DNA of 64,000 bases. Origin: Candidatus Latescibacterota bacterium. Lineage in GTDB: Bacteria > Latescibacterota > UBA2968 > UBA8231. Numbering within the stretch: the stretch's first letter is position 1; every line of letters begins with the position of its first letter. The stretch lies in contig OZ241362.1 of NCBI GenBank assembly GCA_965200315.1, positions 2,720,001 to 2,784,000 on the forward strand, given 5' to 3'. Under the pieces are notes generated by a model, which ran no database searches, was not told where the DNA came from, and was given only the letters and a program-made list of their open reading frames with translations. The translations under genes were made by a program, and so were the position numbers. Shown here one piece after another: positions 60,607 through 64,000 of the stretch.

Positions 60607-60666
60607 TTCCCTTTAGCTTGAACGCCCTGCGTCCTCAGCAGAACAGCCACTCACTTACCCACTAAG

Positions 60667-62313
60667 CTAGCTCGTCGGGCGAACGCGGGGGCCGTTCAGC
60701 AATCGGCCCAGCCAAGTGTAGCGGACGAGGAATTGGTAGATCAGCAACAGAAAGCCAGTGCCTACGAGCAAAACCAAGAAGTACTTTATGCCGGAAGAAA
60801 GCGGCCAATCGCGCACGGCCAATTGAGCACCAATGACCAACGGTACGTGCGCCACGTATAGCCAGTACGACGAATCCGACAAGTAGCGAATGGTTTTGTT
60901 TTCGCGGGTGCAGAGTTTGCGAAACAAGCCCATGAACCCAAAGGTCATTATCCAAGCGTAGATCACCTGCAAAGCCACCGCTGAGGTTCGGGCCATGGCC
61001 GGGCCGAATATCTCTTGGCGAAATCCGAATACACCCACTGAAAATTCGAGCCCGAGCGGGAAGACGATAAACAGCCCCACGGGAAGCGCCAGCCACCACC
61101 ATTTTCCGACTCGGCCGTCTGGGTCGTCGCAGTCGAAATACAGAGCACCAAAGAAGAAAAAGAGGACGTAGTAAAGTACTATGTGCGGCATGGGCAGAAG
61201 GCCCAAGGAGGTATCCGGGCCAAAACTCGGTATGACCAGTCCCATGAGCGACTGTGGGATCATGGTCAGAGGGATCAAATAGAGAAAGCGAACGGGTGAA
61301 AGAATGAGCCACTTGGGCGGTCCTTGCCATTGCAGCCAATCAGCGAGGCGGGCGTAGAGTGCAAAGGCGAGGACCAACCAGCAGAGGAACCACAAGAACC
61401 AGAGGTGGTGAAAAACCGGCACGGCAAAGATCGGCCATGCCATCGCTTTAATAAACCCGGTCGATTTCTCCTCTGTCTCGTCGATTTTTTCTTGTCCAGT
61501 GGAGGATTGTTCAAAAAGTCCGGCGATTTCAACGCGGCCGCCCTCAACTTGTCGCGCATCGAGTTCAATCTGCAACAGGCCCGCCAAATACCTAGTCAGT
61601 TCCCAATCCACTTCCAGAGCCATCCGAGGCGTATCGCCATTGTTGTTTTTTGCTTCGGGATCTGCTCCGTGCTGAAGCAGCAGCTTGGCGACTTGCACCC
61701 GTCCCAAGAAAGCGGCCGCGTGCAAGGGGGTGCCGCCATCTTTGGTGCGGCCATTGACCGCGGCTCCGTTTTGCAGCAGCCAATTGACGGCCTCAAGCTG
61801 GCCGACCAGCGCGGCCCATACTAGGGGCGTTTGCCCGGAGGCCAGATCAATACCATTGATATCGGCTTCGTCTTGCAGGTGTCGTTCAATAGCGGCGAGG
61901 TCCCCGTTCTTGGCTGCGTCCCAGATAGTGTCTTCTGCGGCTTTGGCCGCGTTGGCTTCAAATGCAGATGCAATAGCCCAGCCGCTGATCCAGTTCACCG
62001 CCGGAACGATGGTCACCAGCCCGAGCAGGAACGGCAGCAACACGCGGCGCAAGCGGTGGGAAAGCACTGGTTTTAAGCCGCGCCCGCGCCAAAGCATGGC
62101 CGTAAAAAAGCCGCTCAACACAAAGAACACCGGCATGCGGAAACCGTGGATTGCGGCGAATAACAGCCCGAAGAAATCGCTTTGCCGCTCATCCTGAACC
62201 GGCCAAGGAAACGGCGTGAAGGACAACCCCGCGTGCAATGCGATGCCGAGCAACATCGCCGCGGCGCGCAGGGCGTCGAGGTCGTAGCGGCGCGGGTAAG
62301 AGTTCCTATTCAC
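60667..62313 (-). CDS. Acyltransferase 3 (OpgC/MdoC-like) membrane protein with inserted ankyrin repeats
   Basis: RYDLDALRA, FRMPVFF..SGFF, HLWFL and SYWLYVAH motifs. Ankyrin motifs GQTPLVWAA, GGTPLHAAA and GDTP. Start GTG 62313. Confidence 0.85.
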   Translation of the reverse strand: MNRNSYPRRYDLDALRAAAMLLGIALHAGLSFTPFPWPVQDERQSDFFGLLFAAIHGFRMPVFFVLSGFFTAMLWRGRGLKPVLSHRLRRVLLPFLLGLVTIVPAVNWISGWAIASAFEANAAKAAEDTIWDAAKNGDLAAIERHLQDEADINGIDLASGQTPLVWAALVGQLEAVNWLLQNGAAVNGRTKDGGTPLHAAAFLGRVQVAKLLLQHGADPEAKNNNGDTPRMALEVDWELTRYLAGLLQIELDARQVEGGRVEIAGLFEQSSTGQEKIDETEEKSTGFIKAMAWPIFAVPVFHHLWFLWFLCWLVLAFALYARLADWLQWQGPPKWLILSPVRFLYLIPLTMIPQSLMGLVIPSFGPDTSLGLLPMPHIVLYYVLFFFFGALYFDCDDPDGRVGKWWWLALPVGLFIVFPLGLEFSVGVFGFRQEIFGPAMARTSAVALQVIYAWIMTFGFMGLFRKLCTRENKTIRYLSDSSYWLYVAHVPLVIGAQLAVRDWPLSSGIKYFLVLLVGTGFLLLIYQFLVRYTWLGRLLNGPRVRPTS

Positions 62314-62321
62314 GGCTTGTA

Positions 62322-63572
62322 CTACTCCACCCTTCTCAACGTCCCTCCATCCCGGACGGCCTCGTAAATCTGGGCGAACTCGCGGCTGCCGTCGTCTTCG
62401 ACCGGGAGGCATTCGGACCCGCTTTCGCAGATGGGCATGGCGTCGCGGGGGTACTCGTTGTGGAGGGCTTGCTTGGAGCAGCCATAGTAGGTGACTTCGC
62501 CGTTGGCGCGAGCGTAGCGATAGACGTGGCGAGGCGGATCGACCCAACTGTAGTCCACGCGATATTGCTCTAGGGCCTGAAGATCAATCTCGATGCCGAG
62601 GCCGGGCCGTTCTGGGACTCGGTAGTAGCCGCCGCGAAGCTCAATGGAATCGACCAACAGTTGGCTCTCCCAGATGTTCATGCAGGTAATGGCCGGCCAC
62701 TTGCTCTGGGGGCAGACCGCACCTAAGTGGGCGGCCCACGTGGTGGTGATGCCCGTGCCGACGAGCTGGAGCCAGAAGGGTTTGTTGGCCACGTCCGCGA
62801 CTGCGGATTGCTGGACGATGCCGTGGGCTCCAGCGCAGACGACAAAACCATCGGTGACATCTTCTTGCAGGGTGGTGAGAATCGGCGGCGAGCCGTAGTG
62901 CATGGCCAGAGGGCGGCGGATGTGGTTGCGGATTTGGGCGTTGCCGGCCACATCGGATTGGGGGATGGGCGTCTCAATCATGGCCACCTGCGGGTATTGC
63001 TCCAAGGCGGCTAAAAACTCGACCGCACTGGCGGCGTTGGCGAGCGTGCCGTTGAAGTCCAAGTCGAGCTTGAACTGCGGGGGAACAGCCTCAATAATGG
63101 CTTGGATGCAGGCGTGCAGGTCGTACCATGTTCGCGCCTTGAGCTTGGCGGTGGTATAGCCCTGCGCGACGGCGTCGGCGCACTGGCGCGCCCAGTCTGC
63201 GGCCGGCATGTCTATCGCCCACCACGACAGCGGGCACCAAGTGCGGACCTTGGTGCCCAACAGGCGATAAGCTGGGGCACCCAAGACCTTGCCCACTGCG
63301 TCGAAAAGCGCCTGCTGGACCCCGGCTCCCAGCACATCCTGCCACAGCAAATCGCCGACCGCACGGCCGACGATGCGGTCTTCGATGTCTTCGGGGACCT
63401 TGGCCCACGTGTAGTTGGGGATGGTCTCGCCCCAGCCAATGGTGCCATCGGCGAGGGTGATTTTGCAGAGCTGGACAATGCGCCAATGCGGCAGCCAGTA
63501 CTGCATGTGCTGATTGGTGTGGGCGGTAAACGGAACGTCCAAGTGGATGAGCTCGACGGATTGAACCTGCAT
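62322..63572 (-). CDS. Mandelate racemase/muconate lactonizing enzyme family protein
   Basis: KLKARTW, LDLDFN, ETP and PERPGLGIE motifs. Paralog of 33935-35176. Start ATG 63572. Confidence 0.85.
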   Translation of the reverse strand: MQVQSVELIHLDVPFTAHTNQHMQYWLPHWRIVQLCKITLADGTIGWGETIPNYTWAKVPEDIEDRIVGRAVGDLLWQDVLGAGVQQALFDAVGKVLGAPAYRLLGTKVRTWCPLSWWAIDMPAADWARQCADAVAQGYTTAKLKARTWYDLHACIQAIIEAVPPQFKLDLDFNGTLANAASAVEFLAALEQYPQVAMIETPIPQSDVAGNAQIRNHIRRPLAMHYGSPPILTTLQEDVTDGFVVCAGAHGIVQQSAVADVANKPFWLQLVGTGITTTWAAHLGAVCPQSKWPAITCMNIWESQLLVDSIELRGGYYRVPERPGLGIEIDLQALEQYRVDYSWVDPPRHVYRYARANGEVTYYGCSKQALHNEYPRDAMPICESGSECLPVEDDGSREFAQIYEAVRDGGTLRRVE

Positions 63573-63659
63573 TAGGGGCTCCTTTTGGAAGGGGTGGGGT
63601 GGGCTAGATACGGCGGGGCAAGCCAAGTGTCAAGGCGGGGAATGCGTTATATTCGCGGC

Positions 63660-64000
63660 ATGGAAATTCGCCAATTCGCCGAGCAAGTGCTTTTCGGCAC
63701 GCGCTGGGAAGACAAGCTGGTCGTCCTCAACCGCTACGAGGACCGCGCGCCCGGTGCGGGGATTGCGACCCCCAGTGCGCCGGGCCGCCCGCCCGGTTTG
63801 GGGCTGGACGAGTGGCACCGCCGGGAAAAGCTCCGCTTCCGCGATGTGCGCCACTTCCACAGCGAAAAGGAGCGCGGGCTGGTCTTGCACTTTTTCGCCA
63901 ACCATGAGTTGCTCGCCTTGGAGCTGATGGCCCTGGCCCTGCTCAAATTTCCGCAGGCTCCAGAGAAGTTTCGCCGCGGCCTGGTGCAGACGCTCAAAGA
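63660..64000 (+). CDS. Partial ferritin-like DUF455 family protein (runs off right edge)
   Basis: Manual translation gives MEIRQFAEQVLFG...LHFFANHELLALELMALALLKFP. Confidence 0.7.
   Translation, partial: MEIRQFAEQVLFGTRWEDKLVVLNRYEDRAPGAGIATPSAPGRPPGLGLDEWHRREKLRFRDVRHFHSEKERGLVLHFFANHELLALELMALALLKFPQAPEKFRRGLVQTLK

Overview
High-GC bacterial chromosomal window. It is mostly housekeeping and catabolic genes: pdxS/pdxT, acnA, modABC, mtnP, a UbiD-family decarboxylase, an amidase, four enolase-superfamily enzymes, three TIM-barrel isomerases, a GH88, a lyase-like protein, a sulfatase and tRNA-Glu(TTC). There are many decayed gene fragments and miniature inverted-repeat elements. FlgD/T9SS-like C-terminal domains and a WGRIK tail suggest an FCB-group, Latescibacterota-like and possibly host-associated organism (inference only). 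The standout is a visibly AT-richer ~12.3 kb operon (18961-31205) between the UbiD gene and acnA. It encodes an RNAP-alphaCTD x3/sigma70-r4 protein, a GNAT-tRNA-guanine-transglycosylase (TGT/DpdA-like) fusion, a DUF4007/BrxA-like winged-helix protein, a PIN toxin with a small partner, a small P-loop NTPase, a 1360-aa BrxC-like ATPase, a PglZ-like phosphatase and a HerA-like ATPase. This looks like a BREX-related defence system with no methyltransferase, in which a base-exchange plus acetyltransferase enzyme may provide the DNA mark. Also present: an Rpn gene with a clear internal start (RpnS-like), a Panacea antitoxin whose toxin partner has one nonsense codon, and a partial type IIG-like R-M gene at the left edge. 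All family calls are from motif recognition by eye; no database searches were run.
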